Source: Trichodelitschia bisporula
Lineage: Eukaryota
Assembly (NCBI GenBank): GCA_010356995.1
Contig: ML996699.1
Span: 713,697 to 777,696, forward strand
Length of the DNA stretch: 64,000 nt
Direction: 5' to 3'
Below the pieces are notes generated by a model. That model saw only the letters and a program-made list of their open reading frames with translations. It ran no database searches and had not been told where the DNA came from. Shown in pieces: positions 25,657-37,703 of this stretch (its first letter is position 1; every line of letters starts with the position of its first letter). The translations under genes and the position numbers were made by a program.

Positions 25657-28292
25657 GTATCTGGCGATTGGAGTGAGGATTATGGTACGAAGGTACGGAT
25701 GCAAGGAAATGGCAAGAAAATCAGAGAAAAGACATTAGTGAGGGAATATACGAGGCAACAAGAGGCTACAACGGACAACAAGAAGCAGCAAGAAGCGAAC
25801 GATCAAGGAGAAGATTGTCGTGACGTGTTCTGTCGAGGTGGAGGTGGAGGTGGAGGTGGAGGCTGAGGTTGAAGAGGTGAGGTGAGGTGAGGTTCGGAAG
25901 AGAAGAGACAAGTCCCTTCGATCTCGCGTGTTGCCCTTAGGTTTCGCCAGTGCCGAGCGGGTCTCTTAGCAGCTTTGCGGGTCACTGACCATTAAACGCC
26001 ATCGCGACCTCGTCATTTCAGCCTAAGGCCCTGATGGCGTTGATAATGGGCGCCAGCAAAGAAAGCACGGACAGTGATATGCAGCGATGCAGAAAGTGTG
26101 CAGATGATAATGAAAGGCAGGCAGCTCGTATGCAGAACCTGCACTGTGCCTCCGGCTCACCCAGTGCATTAGGGCCCGCATATGTCAATCTTCCATGAAG
26201 CCGGTTTCCTGACATCCATCGCCATCGCCTATCCTATCGGACGCCATTCCCCAGCCTGGCGAAAAGCTGGCCAACAAACAAAAATAAAAACCGGCTGATG
26301 AGAGGCTGGGAACGATGTTGACGGACGCCACACAGGATATCCGCCATGATACACCACCCCGCATTTGTGTAATTGGCGCAATACCCCCCGTCCTCTGCAC
26401 CGCCAGTCCTCCCCGCGCTGTCCCTCGCACTCCGAGACCTCACAGCAAACATATCAAGTCGCGTCGCACGCACCGCGTAGCCGCGCAGCTAACCCGCAGC
26501 TAACAGCAAGGCAAGCCGCCGATCCCACTCACCTCCTCTCGATCCCCGCTTCCTTCATCCCCATCCCAAGCAACCGCCGTGTGAGATAAACCGACCTCAA
26601 CATCTCGATCTCGATCGAATAATGCCAACAACCGAGAAACAGGCGTCGATCCCCTCATGCCATTCCATGTCCGCCTTAATTAGCATTGACAACGCCCCCC
26701 AAACCAGGCACGCCAAGCATCCCAAACCGGCTTCCACACGTCTCCTTTAGGTTGGCGTCAGATCGACGTGCCAGGATGTCCCATGCAGTGCTGGCTGCCG
26801 AATCAAGCGGGGATCACGGCTGCACGGTCTCGCGCGGTAAAGTATCACGGCTTCATTTCCCCAGCGAAGGGCCCGAGAGTCGGTATCGCGATAATGACTT
26901 CATACATCGCGCCTCGCGTCTCGCACGGCCAGCATGCTGCCCGAACCTCGAGCTTCGAAACCTTGAGGCTAGAAACATATTTACCATGCCCTACCGGTGT
27001 ACCCTCAAAGTCCGATTGTGGCGGCCCCAAATGTCTCGCATGCACCTCGTACCCGACCACCAGTGACGCGCGCCGTGGCATGCCGGGACACGCCGTCGCC
27101 GCCGCCGCTCTATTCCCGCCGGTTCAATATCAACGCCGTGCCATGCGCGCTCGACTGGCTGGCAAGTCGTTGCGAGAACGAGAAAAAGGGCTCAAACCAC
27201 GGCGCCGGAGGGAACTGCCACGGTCGTCGAAACGGCGTCGTTCGCAGTGGGTTTCAAACGCCAAACTCCAGGCCATGCATCCCATCGTATCCCCTTCGTC
27301 GTGCAGCGCCGACACGTTGAATCCCACCTCCCATCTGATCTCCTTCCTGTCAGCGTGACTTCGTGGCGGAGACGCCCCCGCTCGAGTCCACTGCGTGTTG
27401 TACGGATAGCCAGACGTTTTCGCCACGGCGCGCAATGCTGAGGCACGCCGCTGCTGAGAAGGCCAAAACATCATCACTGAGTGTGATGGCGGTTGGAGCA
27501 GGTGCAGTGTTTAATTCGCAGCTGCGCTCCATTCCATCGCCACTCAATATCATCGCGCGTCGTTGGATGTGCACAGCTGTTACCATGTATTGCCCCTTAG
27601 GAGTGCAGTCGGGCAGTGCAGCAGCGCTCATTCACGGCGAACGCTGGGAAGAGGGAGGTGGCCACGAATGCCACAACCCAACGTCGAGCCTCGAACCGCG
27701 AACCAAACGCGCTCCAACCGTGAACTCACAAAACACCATCATCACAATTCACCGGCACGCCCGTACAGTAGCATCCTCCGCAGGTCCCCGGTATCGGGAA
27801 CAAAGCCTTTGTCCACAGCCCATTGTTCGGCATCCATCGTCACGGCATCCCCGCCCACCCCTGAAACCGACCTGGAACGCGCGCCAACCCCCCAGCGCCA
27901 ATCACCCGCTTCACCCAAGGGCCACCCGAAAATATCGTAGCCGCGCCCGTCCGCAAATATGCTAGGCAAGGCAGTCATGACTTTCTCAAATAGGCTTCAA
28001 CCCCCCTCACCCCCGAACCACCTCATAATGCGCGGCCGCGCTCCCGCCGCGCGTGCGGTTCGCTTCTCCTTTCCTCATCCCCATAGTCCTTCGTGAATAA
28101 CGTCAAGCCCGTGTCTTTCTCCCCTCGTCCCAAGCAGCCGGTCTGCCTTTTCCGCCTCGCATCTTCCAGCCGGTTCTGCATCGTCCTCCACAGCGACTAC
28201 ACTCCCTCAGCCAGAAACCAACCCCCTAAAAAACCGCGTCAGCAGCGCTTCACACCTCCACCAAACCTCACCACCCCTTCGCAACCGCAACA

Positions 28293-28559
28293 ATGGCCTG
28301 GGAATTCCTCCGCCCGATCCTGACGCCCAACGCACTGGCAACCGTGCAAGCACGCCCCATGCTCCTGGCCTACTTCCTCGCGGGCCTCGGCGGCATGATC
28401 AGCATCATCTGTCTCGCCTTCTACATCAGCTTCGAGACGGGCAAGGCGTACCGCAAGCCCAAGACGGACGCTAAGGGTGGCGCGCCGGCGCGTGGACCGC
28501 CTCCTGCGACTGGATTCAAGGGGTTTGTGGGGAGGGTGAGGGGTGTTATGAGGGTTTAG
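28293..28559 (+). CDS. Small (88 aa) single-pass membrane protein, hypothetical
   Basis: ATG in CAACAATGG context, hydrophobic LLAYFLAGLGGMISIICLAFYISF followed by a basic tail, gene-like codon usage. Confidence 0.6.
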   Translation: MAWEFLRPILTPNALATVQARPMLLAYFLAGLGGMISIICLAFYISFETGKAYRKPKTDAKGGAPARGPPPATGFKGFVGRVRGVMRV

Positions 28560-29430
28560 GGGAGATGGATATGGGGAGGAAGGATGAGGGGAAATGGGGA
28601 TGAGGAGGAACACTGAGGATGGGGGCAGAGGACGGCTGGAGATGTTGGATGCTGGACAGAGAGGGGTCAGAGGTTAATCGAAAAAGTCATGTCACCCCCA
28701 GCGACTAGACCTCTGCCAAAAATCCGGAGGGGCGAGGGCATGACTTTTTCGGGTAGCCCTTGGGCCCTTTGGGCATTCGAGGTATATGTAGATGGAATGG
28801 AGAAGCGGGGCGCTGAGCCGACCTGCTGGACAAACAATGCGCATGGATATGATGAGCGCTCTTGCCCCAATTCCCTCGTTCCTGCCTTCACCCCTGACGC
28901 GACTTCCATTCAGTTTCGCCGCTTCTTCCACTTCTTCCACACGTGACAATCGCAAGTATCTCCACGACGAGCTCTTATCCGCCAACTTTCACGCTTCAAT
29001 GTCCCCTCAGCCGCAGTCCCCACACATCTGCTCGCTGCTAATACGAACAGGCGGGACGTCACACTACCATGCCAAACTGAACTGCAGAAAGAGCTAAGCA
29101 TACGATCTATGTTGTAGTGCCTCAATATTAACGCACAAAACAGATGTCCGGCCCAAGCTGGCTGACGTTCGGATCGGGGTCCGTTCGGATCGGATCTTCT
29201 CAACTGCGAATCCCCGAATTAAGAACCGCTTCCAACCCGCTTCCACACCCATTCAAATACCGTAGCCGTCTGAGCTCCATGCCCTCACGCCTCTCCCTTG
29301 CCCTTCACCGACCGCACTACCGTCGTCCCAGCCTTCTCTACCACTCCAACTCCGGCCCCCTACCACACATCCCCTCGCCTCCCACCCCAGACTCGAGCTC
29401 CCGGCATACTATTCTCATCAGGACCGCCTG

Positions 29431-30781
29431 TCAAAGGCAGAGGACCAACTCACCTTTCTCCGCAACCCCATTCCCAACTTCCTCGCCGCCCTTTCCGACC
29501 TCATGCGGCACCTGCTGCGCCGCCTGGAAAATCTCCGCCCCGGCCCGTCTCTCGCGAGCCGCATGCTCACGGAGCAGCGCCGCAATCTGCGGATCCTGTC
29601 GACCTATCCCTTTCAGCCCCGCCGGCAGGCCGGGCGCCGTGAGCACGGCATAGTTTCTCTCCAGCTCCCTAACACGGGCCCGAAACCCCGCCTCCAACCC
29701 CGCATCATCCCCTCCTTGCCCCTCGGGGGCATACACATCCATCCTAACCTCAGTCTTCCCAGGCTCAAGTGGGTTATACACCGTCATGCTCCACGCCCCG
29801 CTGGGCAGGGCTGCTAGATGTGCGAGGGGGAAGACGTATATTTCGGGGTCAGGGTGCGGGGGCCGGAGAAACGAAATCAAGCGGATGAGGGGTGAAATGG
29901 GTGCCGCGGCCGGTTGAGGAGGGACTAACGGTCAGGTTTATGGAGGTGGAATAGACGGAGGGCGGGGGGGGGGGGGGGGGGGGCTACCGGCTAATTTCCA
30001 GTTGAACGCGCCCTTGGCCTCGAACCGCGCGACGGGCCGGCTGCTTGGGTCTGCGAACGCAGCCGCCCAGGCCGCAAGCTCCGCCTCGCTCCTCCCTTTC
30101 CCACTCTCACCCCTCTCGCCGCCCGAGAAATTAACGCTCACAACGCCATCCAGCACACTCAACCCAACAGGCCACAGCCCCATGCCCTCCTTCCTGAACC
30201 CAGGAAGTGCATCGAAGTGTGGCGCCTTAGTCAGACGGCCACGCGCATCGTAACTCCACCCGTGGTACCGGCAGCCAAGGACGAGGCTTGTGCCGGACTC
30301 CTTGCGAGCAACGGTGTATGCGCGGTGGCGGCAGACGTTGTGGAAGGCACGGATGTTTGCGTCCCGGCCTTTGATCAGTACGATGGGCAGCGAGGAGGGG
30401 GTGAAGGTTGTGTATGAGCCGGGGGAGGGGAAGTGCGAGGTGTGGGTTAGGGGGAGGGAGTGCTGCGGGGGTTAGCTGGGGGTGGGGATGGGAGGTGGGA
30501 CGTGGGGGCGGCAGTACAGTGGTGAAAATCGCGCGCCGCTCCAGCGCAAATTGCCGCGCGCATGTCCACCAGCCTTCCTCCTTGCCCACCCGTGGAACCG
30601 GCTCCTCGGGCCCGGAGAAGGGTCCGGCGGGGCGGGTCTGTGGGGTCGGCCCGGTCGCGACAGCCCCGCCATTGAAGGCTTCGGGCCGGGCTGGGCGACG
30701 GGAGAACAAGGACGCGAGCAGAAGAAGAGCAACGGCGACAACGATGACGGGGAAAGGAAGCATAAGCGCGTCTCGGTCCAT
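29431..30781 (-). CDS. Rieske [2Fe-2S] oxygenase-like protein A (choline/carnitine monooxygenase-like): Rieske ligands intact, mononuclear-Fe motif absent; introns 30463-30517 and 29925-29987
   Basis: The spliced product reads ...WWTCARQFALERRAIFTT|HSLPLTH...RAFHNVCRHRAY...LGCRYHGWSYDARGRLTKAP...FNWKLA|VPPQPAAAPISPL...IYVFP...KTEVRMDVY. N-terminal hydrophobic segment PVIVVAVALLLLASLF. Confidence 0.85.
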
Positions 30782-32908
30782 TGCTGCCACACAACTCCAA
30801 AAATAAAATCCAAAATGGTCTCTAGGGCGGAGACACAACAACGACGGACGAGGTAACCTCACCAGCGGGGCGGCGCATATATCGCAAATGGCATCGCCGC
30901 CTCGGCGGCAGTGCCCGCGGGTCCGCGCATACGCATCCCAAAACACGGATTGCGTTCCTGTGTTCCTGGGTTGGCTTAACCCCGCGGACTGCATTCGTGT
31001 ATTTCCCAACCGGCGGCTGCGAAGCCATTCCCTCTCTGCATATCGAACCCAGGCGCCCGTGTCGGAGTGCGTTTTGCAGGTCGGTTTCGCGGGCTCGAGC
31101 TTCACTTCGACTGCCTGACTTCCCAATGCGGCAAAAGGTTCCGCACCCGCGTTGCTCGGTCCTGCATCTGCCGGCCGGCTGGGCGCGTGTAGCGCGCCGC
31201 CACGAGGGGTTGCTGCGAGGCTGCCAAGAGGATGGCCCTGCCTGCTGGGGTGATTTGCGTGGATGGGAGTGCCCTGCTTGGGCTTGTGTTACAGGAGGTG
31301 GGGATGATAAACTCCCATTGGGATAATGGGATGGGTTTTGGATCTCGCGGTGCGGCGAAGCCCCCCGCTGCTGCCCCACTTTGGGCCGTTTTGCGGAGGA
31401 GATGCGGGCGTGCAGAGGAGATTTGCGGTTGGAATCGGAGTTCGATGGCACGATCAGTGCGGATTTAAATAACGGTGGGCGGGTCTGGAGCGGATATGTT
31501 TGGGGCAGTGACGAATGGACTGCTTGGGGAGGGGAGATGCAGTTCAAGTTCACCCCTCCATCGGCGAGGTTTTGATAAGATCTGATGGCTTGTTGAAGTG
31601 ATTGCCGCCTTTTTCTGTCTTATTGGCCTGGGAAGCGGCAGCGTCTTTATTGGCCCCTCAGGACCGGGTAAGCGCATCCTGCCCAGACCCGAACTCGGGA
31701 CGACGAGTGACAACCACGAACTCTCAATCTACCCTCCGCTCGCTACCTGCAACGCATTGCAGCATCTTACTCGCAACATTGGCTGCATGACCTGTCACGA
31801 TCCAGTAACCTAGACAGCCTCTGCCGCGCAAGCCGGAACCGCCGTCAACCAGACCCTCAAGTCGATAGCCGTGCACCACGACAAGGCGCTCCAAAAGCCT
31901 CAAACCTCAACCCGCAGATGGTTGAGACTCGAGAACATCGTCAAACGCGGCTGAGCACACTTCATGATGTCGCACGAAAACCACGCCTGCCCTATGTCAA
32001 GGAGCTTCTATAGTAGCACAGAGCAAGGAGACCCTTCTCCCCACCACCGACACCGGCCGTAACTTACCCTGAGCAAGAGGTCAAGGGCTACCAAAAACAA
32101 AGTCATGTCCCTACTGGCGACTACACCTCTAACACATTTTGGTGGGGGGGAGAAGGGACTTTTTCGAGTAGCCTTTGAGCCCTGTTCGTCGCTCCGCACC
32201 GTCATCCGGGACTTCCAGAGTCGTTACGGCCCCATCCTGTGCTCGCTGCTCGTTATCATGGTGCCAAGCTGATACCGATATCTACCGATATCTTCCAGTT
32301 CACTCCAGCCAGTCGGATGTTTGCCTGGGCTGGGGAAATGCTGCGTTGCATCAAGGCGCGTGTGATGGTGCACAGGGCTAATCGCGAGTAGGACTGGATG
32401 GTATGCGGTGAGGAATACTGGAAAGGCGGAGATTGGTCTAATCGAAGAAGCATGAAGCAGCCTTATCATGCTGGCTTTCCAGCTTCCGCCGCGAGCAAGA
32501 GGGTTCTCACTTGGGGTGCGAAGATAGGATCCGCGAGCCTTTCCTGAGGAACGAACGCGCGATGATATGCTTATGATCGATCTTTTGCTGTGGTGACGAG
32601 GGCTGTCCCGGTATCGGTCGGCTTGTCATGACGAACAGGGCTCTCCACCGTTATTCCAGGTCACTTGGACCATCGTACCGGCCTATGATGGTAATGGGCA
32701 TGGGCTGTGGCTTCTCCGCTGCAGATAAATCAGGGAGGTCTTTAAAGTTATTCACGTACTGGATTCTTAACTCACTGTTGCATAGGGATATGTTAGATTG
32801 CGTAATGTGATTACATTTATCTCAAGTTTCCTCAAGGTCGGAGGTCGATTCAAGTTCAGACAGTCCATGATTGTGGATTGTGAACTTTATGTCAACACCG
32901 TAAGGGAT

Positions 32909-33095
32909 GAACTCGTGGTCGTATACGCCTGACTCAAGTTCCATTACAGATGCCAAACTCGTGGTCGTATACGCCTGACTCAATCTCCATTACAGATGTC
33001 GAACTCGCGGTAGTCGATGCCTGATTCAAATTCTATACTATATAGAACCAGAAGTCGAACTCGTGGTCATCAACGTCTGGTTCAACTTCAATCCA
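32909..33095. repeat. Tandem repeat, unit about 46 bp, about 4 copies, progressively degenerate
   Basis: AACTCGTGGTCGTATACGCCTGACTCAA... starts at 32910 and 32956; diverged copies at 33002 and 33058. Confidence 0.85.
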
Positions 33096-33120
33096 AGAGG
33101 TCGGGGTCCATGTACTCGTT

Positions 33121-33363
33121 TTACGCAAACGGTACATCCTCTCCATCCAACTTCGGCCCCAAATACTTATTCTGATAAAAGTTCTTGGGATTGCGCTTCG
33201 GGTCAGGCTCCTGCGACGCCTTGTACTCGCAGGGAGGACAGAGATTCTCGGAAGTCCCGCTGACCGTAGTGCGCTTGTGACCTGGCTGCCCTATTGCTTT
33301 ACAGTCGGACGCCTTGATCTTGGTGTGTCCGCACGCGGACTTGGTTTCGATAGTCTTACACAT
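33121..33363 (-). CDS. Small CxH...CxxC protein g1 (80 aa)
   Basis: MCKTIETKSACGH...LCPPC; intronless; same ligand pattern as its neighbours. Confidence 0.65.
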   Translation of the reverse strand: MCKTIETKSACGHTKIKASDCKAIGQPGHKRTTVSGTSENLCPPCEYKASQEPDPKRNPKNFYQNKYLGPKLDGEDVPFA

Positions 33364-34035
33364 ACTGACGGAGGATTTCCTGAATCTGAGATCTCGAACT
33401 TAGAACTGAAGGGAGAATGTTCTTTAAAACTGAAGCGAGAATCTTTGGAACTGGATGGGAGAAGATTCGAAATCAGATCCAGTGGATGTTTGAGCTCGAA
33501 GCTTGGGGTTGGTGGTGGGATGAAAGAGGAGTCTTTCATGGCGTTATATATGTGGATTCTCATCAGCGAATGTGAGTTCAGGAAGAAGATTGTGATCTCT
33601 GTATTTCGATATTCACTAATGCTTCAACGCACTTGGGAACACTTTACTTGCCTATGTGATTTGCGTATATGGTCAGCGAAGTCGGTGAGTGACTACATTT
33701 AGCTAATTGTAACCTTCTCAGTCCAGCCGCACCAAGTGTGATGGCCGGCGGAGGTGGAAGGAGAGGCAGGGTGGTAAATGTGAGATCGAAGGAGACTGAC
33801 GCTTAGCAGTATACACACCATCTTGCCTTCTCTCCATCATGCACTTGCGTTCTGGCGCCATGTAAGTCCTATACGTCTCTCACTCACCATGCAATACCTC
33901 ACTTTCACCCGTAGGAACCTCACTCACGAGTCGCCCAGATGCCTTATAAGCCTCGTACCTTCCCACTAGAAACTCTCTTTTCTCGTCCGTTACTACTTCC
34001 CTCATCTTCGCGCTACATCTTCACGCTGCAGGAAG

Positions 34036-34320
34036 ATGTGTATCGTCAAGAGAGTCAAGTACGCATGCTACCACCCCGAGTGGGAGGCCACCAACCGGCG
34101 CGAGAAGGCCGAGCTGCCGTTTACGCACCCGGATCACGCTGTGCTTTGCGAGGGCGGGATTGAGGAATCTGGGGACAGATGTGCCGTGTGCTTGCGTCAC
34201 CGGGCGATGCTATTGGTGCTTTTGGTCTTGTATGTTTGGTATAGGATGCTTATGGCTGAGTACCGGGAACTTACGTTTTTTGTTTTCAGAATCAACATTT
34301 CGCTTACTTGGTACTTGTAA
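34036..34320 (+). CDS. Small CxH...CxxC protein g2 (94 aa) with a hydrophobic C-terminal segment
   Basis: MCIVKRVKYACYH...RCAVC, then MLLVLLVLYVWY; TATAAG about 90 nt upstream. Confidence 0.65.
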   Translation: MCIVKRVKYACYHPEWEATNRREKAELPFTHPDHAVLCEGGIEESGDRCAVCLRHRAMLLVLLVLYVWYRMLMAEYRELTFFVFRINISLTWYL

Positions 34321-34779
34321 GCTTGTCATCTCCACGGCCATCATCACGCTCATTTGGAACTTTCCTTGGTAAACTCCCCATCTCCACGGTCACCACCTAG
34401 CATAATCAATATAAACAACGATTGAACCGACTATCCACCCTTGACCCCCTTGACTGTAATGTGCCATGTCCTTGAAGTGAAATACTCCCGCTCCCTCAGT
34501 CTACCGGGATAGCCATCCCATGTTCGAACTGGAACTGTCCTGATCTGCAGCACGAAGACGCCTTGCACGGCGGTGTTCCAGCAATTGACCGTGCCCACAG
34601 TGAACGAACCGATGAGGACAGCTATGGTGATTGATGCGAGCCATCCACCTAGACGGGGGTGACGAAGGTAAAAGGAGTCACTGGAAAGGTAGTATAAAGC
34701 CTCGTTTTCGAACTGCACTCCTTCCTCGCCATTAACAAGCACACCAACTAGCCTTTTCAACCCAGTATCACAGTCCAAA

Positions 34780-35232
34780 ATGCCCAATACCAAGATTGGT
34801 ATCACGCGTACCCACTACGCCTGCCACCACAGCACTCTGATCATAACCCCGCCCGACTCCTGGGATTCTATGGCTTTGGGGGACCGGCAGGTTACTAGGC
34901 ACCACGTGTTTAATGACGACAAGTGCCCGGCGTGCAAGGCCGGGGTGGAGGAAGCTTCAAAGCAAGAGACCTTGGATCGCAAGGTCTCGAAACAAAAGGT
35001 CTTCGACCAAAAGTCGGACTACAAGGGTTCGATTCACGGGTCTGCGGACCCCAAGGCTTCAGACCACAAAGATTCGGATGATAAGCCATCGGACCACGAG
35101 CCCTCGGAACATGAGCCCTCGGAACATGAGGCCACGGAACACAAGCCCTCGGACCACGAGCCTTCGGATGAGTGGGTGAATAAGAACTGCGGGACCGAGA
35201 CCAAGAAGAATGATGAATCTCACCCAGAGTGA
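34780..35232 (+). CDS. Small CxH...CxxC protein g3 (150 aa) with SDHEP-type pentapeptide tail; inverted copy of the array unit
   Basis: THYACHH...KCPACKAG; 15-bp repeats; TATAAA at 34693; flanks are reverse-complement homologues of the 37.3-41.4 kb units. Confidence 0.75.
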   Translation: MPNTKIGITRTHYACHHSTLIITPPDSWDSMALGDRQVTRHHVFNDDKCPACKAGVEEASKQETLDRKVSKQKVFDQKSDYKGSIHGSADPKASDHKDSDDKPSDHEPSEHEPSEHEATEHKPSDHEPSDEWVNKNCGTETKKNDESHPE

Positions 35233-36077
35233 TATCCATGCTACGTTAATCAGTCGTGTAATAGCTGCAAGTCTGGAAGCTTAACGGTCAGAGGCCGAGG
35301 GCCGGACGAGGCTGAGATGCAGCATGGATCAAGAGATTAGCCTAGTTCTAGTTTGGATTCAATGAAGGTCCATGAAATTGATCATCCGTGCCGCGTGCTC
35401 GCTGCTCTGCTTCCATAGTGCAGAGTGATGACGTTCTTCCGCATCCCAAAAATATCATCCACCTTAACACACAAATCGGACCGATAAGCCTTCACAAAAC
35501 ACTTTTCAAGCCGGGGACGAAGGTGTGTAGCGAAAGATCACCTTATCAGGCAAAGCCCCACCACAAGGCTGTCATCACATGACAAGCAACCCGCCCCAAT
35601 CGAACCTCGCGCCACAATCCACAGACGGACCACCACGTCAACGGTAACACAAACACCTCACCCCAACAGCTGGAGCCCAACAGCTTGAGCTCCGCCTAAC
35701 GCGTTAACATGGGGCCATACCCGCTATCACCCACGGAATCGGACACCTCCAACACGTGTAGCATCGCGCTCGGAGAGCTCGGGGGAAAGATCTCGACGGG
35801 CACCTCGCGGCGTTCGTATCCCTCCCAGCTATGAACAACCTCCCTTCGCCGCAAGCAACAAAACCGGATATACCGCGATCTAGCCCCTCCTTGCTCATTC
35901 CTATCCCCAGCTCCTGCGGGGCACGCGTTCTCATCACACGCCTCCATCCCCGCGTCAGGTTTTATCGTCCATCACTCAGAGCGGATTCCTTGCCCGCATT
36001 CGGACAAAAGTCCATCCCGCTTCCGGCCCCGCGATCCACCGTCGCGGTCAGACCGCGTCAGCATCGGTGCTTCAGAC

Positions 36078-37289
36078 ATGGCGCTTGAGTTTCTCGCCGC
36101 GCTCGCGAGGTGGGGCGTCGGTGCGGGCGGGTTAAATACTAAGCTCCGTACCGCTGGTGGCCCGGGTGGGACGGGCGGCAAGGCTGAACGCCGTGACGAC
36201 GACTGCACCGCCGACCCCGATAACGACCCAGTTATGGATCTGCCCAAGACGCTTCCTGCGAGTTGGTACCGCAGCGCGCCGCTGTATGCGCTCGAGCGGC
36301 GGGCTGTGTTTCTCAAGGTGCGTGCCCTGCTTCGGGATATGAACGTATGCTGATCCATGGGCAGGCGTGGTACCTCCTCGGCCCTGTGACGCGCTTCCTT
36401 CCCGACGAGCCGGTGCGGTATGAGATTGCGCAGGTGCGGTTGTGCGCTTCGCGCGGGGCAGGCGGGCTGAGGGACGTGAGCGTCGTGGACGAAGACACAG
36501 GCTTGCCGCTCCGCAGCTACATCACATCCTCGGGGCTAGTCTTTAGCACCATCTCGGGCGACGCGCCAAGTTTCGTCGAATTCTTCCCCGATCTCGAGCC
36601 GTTGCTCGCGCGGGTGGACTTCACCAGACTGCCGCACCGGCGGAGTATACGCTACGAGGGGAAGTTCAACTGGAAGACGATGGTGGACGGATACCAGGAG
36701 TGTTTGCACTGCCAATATACGCACCCGTCTTTCAGCGTCAACTACCCGCCGACCTTCTACAGCGTGTCGAACCACTGCAATTTCAGCCAACACATTGCCG
36801 ACCCGGCGAAGCCGGACGATGGGCTGTTTCTGTACTTCTTCCCCAATTGCACACTCAATGTGTACGGCGGTGGGATGAGCAGCTTCCGCGTGTGTCCTAC
36901 GACTGAGCCTGGTGTCACGCGTATGGAATTCGATTACTACCACGTGGCGGACGGGGCGGAGTTTGAGTCGTATTTTGCGTTTGTGAGACAGGTTGCGCAG
37001 GAGGATTTTGAGCTGTGTGAGAAGGCGCAGGCGAATCTGGAGCAGGGGGTTTATGTTGAGGGGGTGTTGAATCCGGATAAGGAGACGGGTGTTGCGTGTG
37101 AGTTGTCTTCTTCTTCCCCGTGGGTGCCAACTGACGTATATAGTCTACCAACAGCAGGTCCTCAAGCTGGTGGTTGCGCAGCACGAGGCGGACAAGCAGC
37201 GCGCGGGCTTGATGAGGGAGGCTGGGCCGATGCCCGTGCGGGACGGGGCGGGGAGGCATGCGCTGTGTGTGCAGAAGGCGACGGCATGA
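36078..37289 (+). CDS. Rieske oxygenase-like protein B: catalytic domain intact, Rieske cluster-binding subdomain missing; introns 36318-36364 and 37098-37143
   Basis: LPASWYRSAPLYALERRAVFLK|AWYLLG..., NWKTMVDGYQECLHCQYTHP (36698-36724), FLYFFPN, QEDFELCEKAQANL, GVLNPDKETGV. No CxH/CxxH pair in the expected interval. Confidence 0.88.
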
Positions 37290-37703
37290 TGCGGGCGCCG
37301 AGGGTGGCGGAAGGTAGGGTAGAGGTAGAGGTTTGATTGGCATGTACCATATCACGAGAAGTGCTTCAACCAATTCAAATTCCGTTCATTCATTGAATCT
37401 AAGCTAGGCTATAATACTATCGCACCCATGCGACATCCGAGCCTGTTCAAGCCCTTGGCCTTGGGCCATGAGCCTCGGGAATGCAGTTCTTACACGGCTC
37501 GTTGACTTAGTACGATGTCACTTTCTTGGTGGACTAAGCGTCAGCCGTCTTTGCCTCGGTTCCGCAGTTCTCACCATTGAGCCTAGCCTGGAGAAGGGTT
37601 GACGAGGAGTCAGAGGGCGTATGATCCGAAGACTTGTGGCCTGGGACTTTGTACTCCCGAAGGCTTATGGATACGAAGCCTCCGGGTCCGAACCCTTATC
37701 ATC

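Noticed and set aside
32909..33095. CRISPR-like array
   Set aside because: The units are contiguous tandem copies without unique spacers, there are no cas genes, and the context is eukaryotic.
29431..37289. Both Rieske genes as simple pseudogenes
   Set aside because: Both are open with intact splice signals, and their losses are clean and complementary, unlike the stop- and frameshift-ridden relics nearby. Not formally excluded without dN/dS.
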